Assembly (NCBI RefSeq): GCF_006345805.1
Contig: NC_043000.1
Span: forward strand, 75,082,001-75,146,000
Reading direction: 5' to 3'
Source of the DNA: Octopus sinensis
Taxonomy: Eukaryota
DNA length: 64,000 bases
Shown piece by piece: positions 35,375 through 49,605 of the stretch. Under the pieces are notes generated by a model. The model was not told the DNA's origin. It was given only the letters and a program-made list of their open reading frames with translations, and ran no database searches. A program made the position numbers and the translations under genes. Each line of letters begins with the position of its first letter. The first letter of the stretch is position 1.

Positions 35375-38300
35375 GGTCAATGAAAGAGAAGATCAGGAAA
35401 GAGTATTATAGGGGCAAGGAGTGAGTAACCGGCAACAGTGTCATCAATGCTCTCAAGTTTGCCATTGCAGAGTCTATACTTTGTGTCTACCTCATGCCCA
35501 GCACTCCACTCAGCAGGTGTAAACAGCAAACGGAGTGCCTGATATGTGGAATATGCCCCTTCCACAGAAAGCGAAAAAGTATGCGTTCCAGTTTAGTCAG
35601 ACATGAACTGGGGCAATGCACGACTGTGAGATGAAGTTTATATTTAGTACTTCTGCCTGACCTTTCAGGGATAGCTTTCTCTTGACTCATTTCAGGAAGA
35701 GATTGGATACCCTGCTTGTCATTTCATCCCAGTTCTTCTCCACCTGGAGATCTGGACTAAACCATACCTTAAGCAGTTTAACCAGTCCCTCCATCCAGTA
35801 TCCCACAATGGCATGGACCTGCCTCTCTAGGTGCCAAGCTGCAGACCAATGACTTTTCTTGGTTAATTTTTGTTCCTGTCACCACCTCGTATTCTCTTAA
35901 AGCAGTGCTGACCAGGTCTATGTGCTTGCTGTTCAACAGTATAAAGGTGACGTCATCTGCATACTCTGACACAGTTCTCCCATGTCCTAGTTTGCATGGG
36001 ATGCCTCTCCACACTTCCATTTTCTACAGAGATCGAATACTTAGAGAAGAGAGCCATTACATACAGAAGAGATGAGAGTGGGGGACACCCTTGACAGACT
36101 GAACGCATGATATCGAATGGTTCTGATAGGTAACTATTCACCCAAACTACCAAGCAAATGTCACTGTACATTGCAGCAATCCAGCCTCCTGCAATTCATA
36201 TATCTACATACATACTTACGGCAACAGAAACTGGTGCAAACAATTTGAACACAGTCTTGTGAAGTAAGACAAAATTTACAAATTAAAGAAAACACTAGAA
36301 GTGTACTTAATAACATTTCTAATATATTACAATACAATATTGTACATACCATAAGTGAATCTGTAAATCCATTTCAAGTAAATGATGTTATTATGGTATA
36401 CTTGACATGTTAGTTCCTCTAAAATAACCAGTGCCTAAGTGATGTCACTACGGTAGTGTTTACACTAGCCAGGTATTTTTTATGTATATTATAGTAGGTA
36501 ATATACAATATTTGGCCATTTTTTGAAAAGAACTAAATAAATTTTAAACCAGCAAAACTGCAGAATTGTTGCATACAAAGTTTACTGATTGAACATAGTT
36601 AAAATGCTATTGAAACACAAGAAAAGCAGAGGCTTCAGAGACTGCTGGGGAAGCTGCAGTTCACCTGACAGCTTTAGCTATGAACTTTGTGCTCAAGCTC
36701 TTTTCTGTGAAAATGTAGGGTAGTCTTATATAGCAAGTATAGCTAAAACCCCACTTTTTAAATAGAAATCCTGGGGGTTGTCTTGTACACCCAGTCGTGT
36801 TTTATGCTGGCATATATGGTAGTTTTTGACACCATTATGCTGATGTCAGTATATGCACACACAAATCTTCCACATCCTAGATCATGCAGGGTGCCCCTCA
36901 ACGTCTCTAGCTTGTGTTGTAGTGACTTGAGAGTCAGTAAGTTCAACAGGAATAGCAGGTCCAACCTTGACTGACCACTGAACAGATGTCGCTTTGCATT
37001 GCAGCAATCCTGCCCCTGAATGCAGGCCCAAAATGGGCTGCCGCCAACATAGATGGTCAACCCTCTCAACAGCTTTAGATTAATCTAAATTAATCAGAGT
37101 CCCACCCAAGCCAAGTTCTTTAGTCACTTTCTCTATCACATGAGGTGGAGATTATCATGGATGGATCTTTTCAGGATGGCCCATGTCTGTGCCTCCTACC
37201 AGATCATGACAAGCACCAACCTCGTAGTTAACACTTTGGCCAAAATTTTGTATTCTGAATTTAGCAGAGTTATCAACACAGCCCCACTTGTGCGGGTCTT
37301 TTCTCAGTAATACCACCTCCTCTCTGCCCACAAAACTGAGAATTCTCCCATCCCATTGCCAGTTGTGGTAAACATTTGCCAAGGGGTTACTGAACAAGTC
37401 TGACATGTATGCATAAAGTTCATAGGGCAGACCATCCAAACCAAGCAAGTTATCACTTCCCATATTTCAGGAGTTGTTATTGGCCTTTTGCAATTCTCTG
37501 CCTCTGTTGCCGGGAGCTGTGGCTGTCCATTGAGGTAGAAAATCCATCTTGAAATCTGGCTCACTGCTACTCCCAAACAGTTATACGAAGTGCTGTTGAA
37601 AAGCTGCACACATCTGTTTGGGATTGATTAACATGTGCCTGTCGAGGTTCAGTAAAGATGAGATTGTAGATTTATTTCCATGCCATGCCTCTACCACTCA
37701 GGCCCATAAAATAACTTCCATCCCTTCCTGATAATGCAGCCTTTGTGTTTCATGTTAAACAATTAGTTGAGTGCTAAAGTTGGTCATGATGCCTTTTTTA
37801 AAATGCCTCATCTAACTTCCTGATTAGCTTTGCTTCTACTCTATTTCTTTCTACTGCTTGTCCTTTGCTAAATCTTATCGATTCTATTTTTATTACCCTT
37901 TTCTAGGTGACCCACCATTTATTATTGATGATTGACCCCATCAACATCTGCTTAACTAATTTACTAATCCAGTCTCTGAAAGTTTTACTTGCTGGCAAGG
38001 ACACATTCAGCTCCTAATAATCAGACCCCTGTCTAAGGAGCCTATCTAAGTTGACAGTACAGATGACAAATTCGTTATCTGTGTAGTCAACTACTTGAAA
38101 TTGTGGACAACCCATGCTATCCTTATCAGCTTCTCTACAGAATACCCTATCTAGATATGAACCATCTGGATGACCAAAACGGTTTGACAAGGTCTACATT
38201 GGCACATCAAGAAAATCCAGTCAATACATGTCAGACAGTCAAAAGCATCTGAACAGGTTCGCGTGACTTTTGTACCCCTCCTCCTGTCTGCTAAGCCCTC

Positions 38301-39100
38301 ACAGTTTCACCATGCATTCACCATCCCATTCCCACAACTAACACTAAAGAGCGGGACATTTTCAGAAAAGTTTCCAGATTCCTGAAGAAATGTGGTCATC
38401 CTGCCCCTATAGTGGTATAAACATCAACTACCTTGAAAGTATGTTTTTCACTACCAGTCATGTCCAACACCTTCAACTTACTTTCTGAATCCAGGAAGAT
38501 TGCCTGTATCACAAAATCCAGGTTCTTCCAAAATAAAATAGTGACACCACCTCCTGCTTCTGGACAACTTGGAGATGCGTACACCTCATATATTCTCCAA
38601 AAATGAGTTTGAAGTATTGTGACTCAGAAATTCTGGTCTCACTAATGATCACCATATCGACATTTAGCAACCTGGGGTTGTTGAGTAGGTGACCCTACTT
38701 CCAAGGTGACCAAACCCCATGAGCATTCATGCTGCCTAGTTTGAGCACAGCCACATTATTGGGAGAAGATTAAGAGTGAAAAGGAAAAGCGTACTTGCTT
38801 TGTGTGGAGAGCACTTTGAGCCTTCAATTAGAATGGGGTGTTTCCACCAACAGATCACCAAGTATTCACATGGTGGTGTTCCCTCAACAGTTCCTGATTT
38901 CCTGTGGGAATTTGGTTATTAGGTTTGTGTATGTGTTTTGTGTTGCTCTTGATTTGTATGAGTGTAAATACAGAGATTGTGGGTGTTATGAAATTTGTTT
39001 TTGTTATGTTGGTGTGTTTTTATGTAATTCAGGAAATCTGCATTTATTGCCATGTAGTTTGCAATGTTACTGTCTTTACTTTGTATTTGCTGTTGCTGTT
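35375..39100 (-). mobile_element. Degraded L1/Tx1-type LINE remnants (at least two RT copies)
   Basis: APE (IISETRI, GGGVTILF), GLDGLPYELY, QGCP, SEYADDVT, a second AYTDISI, and LFRFLWKG. Confidence 0.75.
36760..36823. mobile_element. Pogo/Tc2-like terminal inverted repeat closing an insert (~36170-36823) between L1/Tx1 remnants
   Basis: gggggttgtcttgtacacccagtcgtgttttatgctggcatatatggta resembles pogo/Tc2-type ends; partner TIR not found. Confidence 0.4.
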
Positions 39101-39714
39101 GTTGTGTATGTAGGATGGGTTGTGTTTGTAGTGTTGAGGTAGTGTTTCAGGTGTTTGTGGCAGTAGTGGTGATGTAATGGTCTGTTTCTAGTGTCCATGC
39201 CTTGTGTCTTTTATCTTCATCTTCACTGTTTGTATGGATAAATTTTGTTCTTTGTTGTTTTGTTTTCCTGCCTGTGTTTTCTCCTTTTATTCTTTGTCTT
39301 CCACTCCTCATCCCGATCAGAATTACCTTATGTCATGTCTGACCACTTGGAATTGGGAAGTGGAATATCTTTCAGTGGAGTCGAGAAGTGACTGGAGGAA
39401 TATGTTGTTGGTATGGTGGGCATTGGTGTTGCTGTGTCTGATGTTGTTGGAATTTTTGCTGTTGCAGTTTGTGATGCTGCTGTTGGGTTTAGTGCTAAGA
39501 GAAGAGTTTTGTAAGATTCCTGATATGAAATCTTATATTCAAACACGTTTCAGGATGGTCTTTTTTTCTTGCCAAATAAACACACACACTATATATTTGT
39601 TCTTCACTTGTTTATTGTTCTTATTTTATCTTATAAATGGGTGAAGAATGAATATATAATGCATGTGTTTATTTGGCAAGAAAAAATGACTGTCCCAAAA
39701 CAATTTTGCCAAAT

Positions 39715-42700
39715 AAATATGGGGCTACCAAATGATCAGAAGGACCATTTTTATGATACAGGCTACCTCAAAGACGAGTGACAAAGACCTCATCTTTGTG
39801 ACTGGAGATTTTAATGGGCATATTGGGCCGGAATCTGGTATCTTCACTGGGGTACATGGGGGCCATGATATTGGCGCCCGGAATGATGAGGGAACTAGGC
39901 TACTGGAGTTCTGTGATGCATGTAACCTTTTAATCTGCGACACTAACTTCAAGAACCCAGACAGCCACCTGATAACCTATCAATCAGGGAACTCTGCTTG
40001 CCAAATTGATTTCATCCTCACCAGACAGTGGGACGCAGAGTTGCTCTTAAATACAAAGACCCTCCCAAGTGAAGAATGTACCCTCTAGCATAGGCTAGTC
40101 GTTAGTGACATTAGGCTCGAGGCCAGAAGGATACCACAAAGCAGACCAATCCAAAAAAGAGGGATTTGGAAGCTAAAGAACACTTCACATGATGAGAGAT
40201 TTAGGGACATCTTCATCAAGAAATTTGATGAGAGGGAGGAGGAGCTACAGACATCAGACATAGAAGGTAGCTGGAAACTCTTACAGGACAGCTTGCTGAG
40301 TGCCACTGATAAAGTTTGCGGATGGTGCAAATTCCCTTCCAGACCTAGAGTTACGTCGTGGTGGAATAGTACGGTAGACAAAGCCATTAAAGCAAAGAAA
40401 CAAGCTTGGAAGGGTGGGGGTAGAAGGGAACTGTACCAGGTAGCCAAAAGGGAGGCTGGGCAGCAGGTATACATAGCCAAGGGTGAAGCAGAAAAGAAGT
40501 TTGCCAATGTCCAGCGATGTGAGGATCAAAGAACAGGTATTTCGGATAGCAAGACAGTCATCATCATCATCATCGTTTAACGTCCGTTCTCCATGCTAGC
40601 ATGGGTTGGACGGTTCAACTGAGATCTGGGAAGCCAGAAGGCCGCACCAGGCTCCAGTCTGATCTGGCAGTGTTTCTATGGCTGGCTGCCCTTCCTAACG
40701 CCAACCACTCCATGAGTGTAGTGGGTGCTTTTTACGTGCCACCGGCACAGGTGCCAGGCAAGGCTGGCAACTGCCATGATCAGATAGGTGCTTTTTACGT
40801 GCCACCGTCACAGAAGCCATTCAAGGCAGCACTGGCATTGGCCATGTTCGGATGGTGCTTTTTACGTGCCACCGGCACAGGGATCATAGCAACAATTTCC
40901 ATTGATTTTGATGTTGGTGTACTTGACTCAATAGGTCTCCTCAAGCACAGGGTTGAAACGGTGTTTCTTTACTTGCCACCTGCACGGGAGTCAGGCCAGC
41001 GGCACTGGCAACTGCCGGGTACCAGTCATAGGATTGGTTCAATTTTGATTCTGATTTCACTTGCACCAACAGGTCTTCACAAGCAGAGTTTAGTGTCCAA
41101 TGGAGGGAGGTTGGCATGGGTGCCAGTCGTCAGATGAGGTTCGATTTCAAATTCAATTTCGACTTCACTTGCCTCAACAGGTCTTCGCGTGTCCAAGGAA
41201 GGAAAGGCATGCAAAAGTGGGCTGGCTACATCCCTGGCAAGGGACACGGGATGGCTCACTTGTCTTGCCGGGTCTTCTCACGGACAGCATATTTCCAAAG
41301 GTCTCGGTCACTGGTCATTGCCTCGGTGAGGCCTAATGTTCGAAGGTCGTGCTTCACCACCTCGTCCCTGGTTTTCCTGGGTCTACAGTGTGTGAAAGAA
41401 AATTGTGATGTCATAGGATAGAAATATGTCTGCATGGAATATGATGCACTTGCTTTTAATAATTCAGAAAAGAAAGAGGCTTGGAGAAGCTTTATGAAAG
41501 ACTGCTGAATGTGGAGAATGAGTGGGAGGAGGAGAGCCTGCCAAATGTTGACCCAGTAGAGGGACTAGCTATCCGAAAAGACAGTACTCTGTTAGATAAA
41601 GCAATTAAGGGTATAAAGACAGGAAAAGCCCCTGGCCCATCAGGAATCACTGCTTAGATGCTTAAAACATCTGGTAGTGTATGCTATAACCTAGTCACCC
41701 GCATTGTAAACCAGGTAGTTGATGATGGAGTCATACCCAATGACTGGCATAGCAGCACCATAGTCAACTGCTACAAGGGTAAAGGTGATGCTCTAGGTAG
41801 AAATAACTACAGGGTTATCAAACTGCTAGATCAAGTGATGAAGGTCATGGAGAGGATCATAGCCCATCTCATTAGGGAGAGAGGCTACTTAGATGAGATG
41901 CAGTTTGGTTTTGTGCCAGGTGGAAGCATCACTGATGCTATATTCCTGGTTCAACAACTGCAGGAGAAATACCTAGCTAAAGATAAACCCCTTTACTTAG
42001 CTTTTGTGGAGAGAGCCTTTGACAGGGTCCTTAGATCTGATGGGCGATGCAGAAACTGGAGATTGATAAATGGTTAATAAGGGCTGTACAGGCCCTACAC
42101 AGAGAGGCCGTTTGTAAGGTTAGGATTGGCAATGAGTATAGTGAAGAATTCCAGGTAGAAGTAGGGGTCCACCAAAGTTCAGCCCTCAGTCTCCTTTTAT
42201 TCATCATAACAGGAATTCAAGACGGGTTGCCCCTGGGAGCTCCTCTATACTGGCCATCATAGCAGAATCACTACCAGAACTAGAAAAGAAATTTCGGGTG
42301 TGGAAGCAAGGTTTATAATCAAAAGGCTTTAGAGTCAATGTAGCAAAGACCAAAGTTCTATTAAGTAGGAAGGCGAACTCATCACACACACCCTCAGGTA
42401 GGTGGCCTTACTCGATCTGTAGAAAAGGTGTAGGTAGAAACTTCATAAGACACATTGTGGACACATTAGAGGTGCAGCAACATCAAAGGAAGATTAACTG
42501 AGAAGATAGCTTTCGTGTGACCAAGTTAGTAGTGAGAGTGGATGCTCAGAGAGTGTTACCACTACAATAAGAATAGCCTGGGCAAAGTTTAGAAAGCTTC
42601 TACCCCTACTGATGACAAAGGGCCTCTTGCTCAGAGTGAAAGGTAGATTGTACGATGCATGTGTGTGAATTGCCATGCTTCACAGCAATGAAACAAGGGC

Positions 42701-43544
42701 CATGACTGCAGAGGACATGCGTAGGCTCAAAAGAAATGGAGCTAGCATGATCCACTTGATGTGTAATGTCAGTGTGTACATATGACAGAGTGTAATCGCC
42801 CTGAGAGAAATGTTGGACATAAGAAGCATCAGATGTGGCATGCACATGCAAGAGAAACGTTTGCGCTGGTATGGTCATGTACTACAGATGGATGAGGAGA
42901 GGTGTGTGAAGAAGTGCCACTCCCAAACAGTTGAAGGAATCAGGGGTAGAGGTGGACCCAGGAAGACATAGGATGAGGTGGTCAAGCATGACCTTCAAAT
43001 GTTAGGCCTCACAGAGGCAATGATGAAAGACCTCTGGATATATGCTGTTGCTGTGAAGACCCGGCAAATAAAGTGAGTTCATGGCTGTATCCTACACCAT
43101 TTTCACATAACCAGCCTCAGCCCATTCAAAAGTACCTTAGCACGTAGGGCAACATGCTGTGCTTGAGGAGACCTATTGAGTCAAGTACATCAACATCAAA
43201 ATAAAAATCAAATGGAAATTGTAGTTGTGATACCTGTGCCAGTGGCATGTAAAAAGCGCCATCTGTACGTGGACGATGCCAGCGCTGCTTTGACTGGCTT
43301 CCATACCAGTGGCACGTAAAAACCACCAACCGATCATGCCAGCCTCTTCCGGCCCCTGTGCCAGTGGCACATAAAAAGCACCCACTACACTCATAAAGTG
43401 GTTGGCGTTAGGAAGGGCATCCAGCTGTAGAAACACTGCCAGATCAGACTGGAGCCTAGTGCTGCCTTCTGGCTTCCAAGACCCCTGTCGAACCGTCCAA
43501 GCCATACTAGCATGGAAAACGGCCATTAAACGATGATGATGATG
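39715..43544 (+). mobile_element. Degraded RTE LINE interrupted by a same-family 3' fragment
   Basis: VTGDFNGHIG, QFGFVPG, HQSSALS, family 3' UTR and (GAT)n tail. Confidence 0.92.
40559..41384 (-). mobile_element. RTE 3'-end fragment nested in opposite orientation
   Basis: (CAT)n tail at 40559. Short direct repeat acagt at 40554-40558 and 41385-41389; the host RTE resumes across it. Confidence 0.88.
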
Positions 43545-44597
43545 TGAAGATTATATTTAGAAACATTTCCTGAAGTCCCAGCATTTCTCAGAAAACATGG
43601 AAATCTGCATGAAATCTAGAAAATTTAGAAATTAAATTTTAACATTTTCTACAGATAACTTTCAATTTGTGACTTTCAATTTTTCTCATACATGTCAGAT
43701 TGCACTTTTACTAAAAGCTGTGAAAATTATATTTAATAAATACTTCACAGAATGTTCAACCTTCCATAGAAAACATGAGCAACGAAATTATTGCAAATCA
43801 CAATGAAATCATTCAATAATTTTCAAATGGAAAATTGATATTTTCTCAGACATATTCAACATTTGTAACTTTCAATTTTTGGTGGAATTCTCCTTTAAGA
43901 ATGCCATATAACCACTTGTAACTTTTTTATATTTTGCAATTAACAGAAAAATTTCATGAGTTACTATTCTACACACAGGAATACACAGAATACTTTTTAA
44001 AAATTTTTGTACAAGTCACAGTTTCAAATATAGACAGTCCACACTTTTGGCTTAAGTCCCAACAATGTATCTATGGGAAGAAATATATTGTAGAACATTA
44101 ATACATCAGACTGACAAAATAATGAGGAGGGTATGAGGTGATCCTGAGATGTGCTAAAAATAACAGTCACATTTTTTCTTTTTCTTTTCTTTTTTTTTTG
44201 CTTATTGCATATTTGCATGAGTTCTTGTACATACAAGAACAATAAGAGCACAAATTTTGCAGACTTTTTCAAAATTCCAGAAAATATATAAAGTTATGAG
44301 TGGTTCTATAGCATGCTTTAAACCAGAATTCTGCACAAAATACTGCTGTCTCACTTGAAGCAAATTTCAGATTATGTGGCTGTAAGAATTATGATTAACA
44401 GTTTAGCAGAATCGTTTGAATATTAGACAAAATGCTGAGTTGCATTTCATCCGTAATTTTTCTGTCTTTAATTTCTTTTAATTTATGAATATTCACAAAC
44501 TGAAAAAAAATGTTGGGAAAATGATTGTCACAACTGAAGACTTTATGGAGGAAGTGAGACAACTGTACCAATTTTTCTTTTACTAATTCTTTGGTAC

Positions 44598-44649
<52 letters not shown>

Positions 44650-44665
44650 ATATACATACATATAT

Positions 44666-44828
44666 ACGACAGACTTCTTTCAGTTTCCATCTACCAAATC
44701 CACTCACAAGGCATTGGTCGGCCCGAGGCTATAGCAGAAGACACTTGCCCAAGGTGCCATACAGTGGGACTGAACCCGGAACCATGTGGTTGGTTAGCAA
44801 GCTACTTACCACACAGCCACTCCTGCGC
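44666..44828 (-). mobile_element. tRNA-derived SINE head
   Basis: Near-identical to 32295-32452. Confidence 0.88.
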
Positions 44829-44836
44829 ATATATAT

Positions 44837-44872
<36 letters not shown>

Positions 44873-44924
44873 ATATAAATATATGTATATATACATACAT
44901 ATATGTACATACCTACATATGTAT

Positions 44925-45270
44925 GTATATATACATGCTTATATGGCTACAAGACATCAAAAGAGAGTTAAACACAACGAGAAACGAAAACATAGAGAGC
45001 AAACTTTTTTCGAACAATGAAAAAAAGAGAAACGAGACATGCAACATAAAGAATATTCCCCTTCATCAGTTGTCCCTGTTTCATCTACTCTGCGTACCCT
45101 CAAAACGTAGAGTAGATAAAACAGGGACAACTGAGGAAGGGGAATATTCTTTATGTTGCATTCTCTTTCCTCTGTTTTTTCGTTGTTCGAAAAAAGTTCA
45201 TTTTCGCTTCTCATTGTGTTTAACGTTTTTTTAATGTCCTGTACCATATATGCATGTTTATATATATACA
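44925..45270. repeat. ~345-bp imperfect palindrome with 9-nt loop inside TA-rich microsatellite
   Basis: Arms end at 45095 and start at 45105; loop accctcaaa. Confidence 0.92.
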
Positions 45271-45375
45271 TATATATATATATATATGTATGTATATATG
45301 CAAACATTTACATACTATTTATATTATACGATTGAACGCCACACATACTTTTCCAAATGAGTTTTATCTATCTAT

Positions 45376-45376
<1 letters not shown>

Positions 45377-45408
<32 letters not shown>

Positions 45409-48300
45409 GTTTAACGTCCGCTTTCCATGCTAGCATGGGTTGGACGGTTCAACTGGGGTTTGGGAAGCCAGAAAGCTGCACCAGGCCCAGTCTGATCTGG
45501 CAGTGTTTCTACAGCTGGATGCCCTTCCTAACGCCAACCACTCCATGAGTGTAGTGGGTGCTTTTTACGTGCCACCGCTACTGACTTGGTCACCTAGGTA
45601 ACGGAAGCTATGAACTATTTCTAGTTTTTCTCCCTGGAATATGGCGGAAGATGGTCTCTGCGTATTTTCAGTGTTTATTGCTCCTGAGCATCTGCCACAC
45701 ACAAAAACTATCTTCCTAGTTAGCCTTCCTTTGAATTGCTGCACCTCTTATGTGTCCATAGCTTACACTTGGTGCATCTTATAGAGTTCCTACATACGCC
45801 TTTTCTACAGATCGAGCAGGGCAATCCACATGAAGGCGTTTGTGATTTGTCTACCTTACTACTTATTAGGATTTTGGTTTTAGCTAGGATGACTCTAAGG
45901 CCCTTCGATTTTAATCCTTGCTTTCACGTCTGAAACTTCTCCTCCAGTTCTGATAGTGACTCAGTAATTAGAGCAAGGTCATCAGCATAGAGGAGCTCCC
46001 AGGGGCATCCTGTCTTGAATTCCTCCGTTATTGCCTGGAGGACTATGATAAATTGGAGGGGGCTGAGGACTGAGCCTTGGTGGACCCCAACCTCTACTTG
46101 GAATTCTTCACTGTACTCGTTACCAACCCTTACTAACAGCGTCCCTGTACATGGCTCGTACAGCTCTCCCTAACCATTCATCTATCCCTAGTTTCCTCAC
46201 TGACCACCAGATAAGGGATCAGGGGACCCTGTCAAAGCCTTTCTCCATGTCAACAAAAGCCAGGTACAGAGGTTTATCTTTGGCTAGGTATTTCTCCTGC
46301 AGCTTTCTCACCAGAAATATGGCATCAGTGGTGCTTTTCCCTGGCACGTTGGGCTATGACCCCCTCTGTAACCTTCATTACCTGATCCAACAGCTTGATA
46401 CCTCTGTAATTATTTGTATCTAGGGCGTCACCTTTACCTTTGTAGCAGTTGACTATTATACTGCTACACCTGTCATTGGGTATGACTGGTTAACTATGCG
46501 GGTGACTAGGCTATAGCCGACACTGCCAGATATTTTGAGCATCTCTGCAGTAATTCCTGATGGGCCTGGGGCTTTCCCTGTCTTCATGCTTCTAATTGCC
46601 TTAACTACCAAAGAACTGTCAACTCGGATATCTGGTCCCTCTGTTGGGTCAACATTCAGCAGACACTCTTTATCCCATTCATTTTCTTTATTCAGCAACC
46701 TTTCATAGTGGCATCTCCAAACCTCTCTCTTTGCATCCTCATTTAGCGCAAGTGAACCATCATCCATGCGAACACATTTCTCTCCTACCACATCACGATT
46801 CTCTCTCACACACTGTCTTGCAACATGAAATACCTCAAGTCTTTGGTCCTCATGGCGCAGAACATTGGCAAATTTTTTCTTATCTGCTTCCCCTCTGGCT
46901 AAATAAACCTGTCTCCTAGCTTCCCTTCTGGCAGTCTAATACACTTCCCTGCTACCACTGTTCTTCCAGTCCTTCCAAGCCTGTTTCTTTTGTCTAATAG
47001 CCCTGTCAACAACATTGTTCCACCACCACATTACCCTGGGTCGAGATGGGACGTTGCTCCATCCACAGATCTGGTCAGTGGCTGTCAGCAGATTGTCCTG
47101 TAGAAACCTCCAGTTTTCTTCCACGTTATGTGAAGCTATATCCCCTTCTATTTCATCGAAGACTTCGAGTTGTACGTCTCTAAATCTCTGTCCATTTGCA
47201 GGGTCTTTAAGCTTCCAGACCCTTCTCTTCCAAGCAGGTCTTCTTCTGGGCAACCATTTAGCCCTGATCCTGAAGTCACTAACTACTAATCTATGTTGAG
47301 GAGTGCATTCTTCGCCTAGGAAGGTTTTGGCATTTATAAGCAGCCCTCTTTCCGTCTTTCTGGCGAGGATGTAGTCAATCTGGCTAGTGTGTCTGCCAGA
47401 ACGGTAGGTGACTAGGTGAGAGGTGGGTTTTCTGAAGTTGGTATTGCAAACCATAAGGTCATTTGCATCGCAGAACTCCAGCAACCTGGTTCCCTCCTCA
47501 TTGCGAGAACCAAAACCGTAGCCTCCATGTATGCCAAGGAAGCCCCCGACGTGCCGTCCAACATGTCCATTGAAGTCACCTGCCACAAAGAGAAGGTCCC
47601 TGTCATTTGTCAGTGAGTTAGTCTGCAATAGGGTGTCGTAGAATCGGTCTTTCTGCCCCACTGGTAGCCCCGGTTGAGGGGCATATGCCGAGATGATGGT
47701 AGCTGGCCTACAGTGAAACACTAATCTAATCTTAAGTACTCTGTCACTTACTCTGACTACCTAGATTACCTTATCTACCCATTTCTCCGCAAGAAGTATA
47801 CCCACGCACCCGACCCCGTCAGTGTTCCCTACCCCAAAAATCTTGTACCTGTGTTCTTTGCCTGTGAGGAACCTAGCGGAACCTCCTCTCCACCTTACTT
47901 CTTAGATGCAGCACAAATCCACACGTCTCCGTTCAAGCAGCTCAACAATCTCACCAGACCTACCTTTCAATGTGCCAACTCTGAGGGTGTGGGAGGTGTG
48001 GGCCTCTGAGACCCTGGGATGAGGGACAGCCGTGTCATGTACCTGAAAACAAAGCTTGCATTTGGCAGATTTCATACGGAAACACTAGACTACAACCTCC
48101 ATACACTACACAGTTTTTGCACTATATGATCAAATGAACCCTACATAGGGGTGTGGGTGGGAGTATTCACGGGGGGGATAGCCAAGTAAGACAAAGGTAG
48201 AAACTTCCGGTATTGTGGAGGGGTGAGAGGTAGAAACTTCAGGTATTAGTGGAGGGGTGAGAGGGCAGGCGGGCGCGCCGCGGAAGAGCAAGAAGGTTGA
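45377..48300 (-). mobile_element. RTE LINE with 5' region and an internal deletion joining RT to the 3' UTR at 45577/45578
   Basis: 261-aa APE ORF 46936-47721 (AGDFNGHVG, QIDYIL), RT fragments and (CAT)n tail. The 5' boundary is uncertain (up to ~48700). Confidence 0.9.
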
Positions 48301-49162
48301 AAGTTAAAATTGCTTAACTGCTCTTTTCTGAAATCCGTGTATTATCAGCAAAGGAGATGAAAATCGAGTAGAGGAAAGAAGCAGGGCATACGCTAGTTAT
48401 ATAGAGTTAGGGATTAGGGGGGTGTATTAGGTGGTAAATCAAAGAGGGAGAGAGAGAGAGAGAGAGAGAGGGAGGGACAAACACGAGGGAGAAGAGTATT
48501 CATAGGGAATTCTCTGCAACAAAAATTACTGAAACAGCAAATGCCGAAATCGTGAGATACAGTTGAAAGTTGAGAACTTTGGGATTTGAGGAAAACATAA
48601 CTTAAATTAGAGAGACCGTGAGTCAGAGAGGGGTGGGGTCAGAGCTTTAGGTGGTCAGGCGTTAAGTAATAAATACGACACGAGGAAGAAAGAATATTTT
48701 CTGTAGGGAATTTGGGGTATCTTTTCAGTTTCGAAGCCTGATTTGTCAAATTTTTCCTACTTAACCAAACAATTTGAAACTTCGTATACTGGTAGAATGT
48801 AAACTTAATTGTAAACCAGAATGAAAACGGAATTGTAACTTCTAAGTTTAACATTGTTTAATAATTAGAATTTTAACCAATAGTATTCGGTCTTTCGGCT
48901 TGATATTATTTACTCCGTCTCAATAGACGTAACCACCAATTTGGTGACGTACTAAACATACATGTGAAATGTAAACACAACTGGAATTTTTTATATATTA
49001 TTAACTAACTTATATATTAAACTTATATATTATATAACTAACTTAGATTTTGTAAATTTTCGTATATTTTTTGTGATTTTTATTCCTTACTTTATTCGTG
49101 TAACTTTTATTTCTGTAACTTTTTATCTTTGGCAATCTTTCGTTTGTAGTAGACCTTTCCGT

Positions 49163-49237
49163 GATAACTGAAATTTTTTACTCGGTGTATGTGTATATGT
49201 ATGTATGCATGTATGTGTGTGTGTATGTATCTATGTA

Positions 49238-49268
<31 letters not shown>

Positions 49269-49573
49269 GTGTATGTATGTATGGCCGATTCAGTGTTTAC
49301 ATTATTTCGAGTTAAAACGAAAGATTACCTTTGCTATGTATAAAATAATGAGGTTGACTCAATGGAATAATGACAGTGATCGAAGATATAGACAAAATTT
49401 TTTTTGGTAATCTTTCGTTTTAACTCGAAATAATGTAAACACTGAATCGGCCATACATACATACATACATACACACACACACATACACATACATACACAT
49501 ACATACACACATACACACATACATACACATACATACACACACACATACATGCATACATACATACATACATACA

Positions 49574-49605
<32 letters not shown>

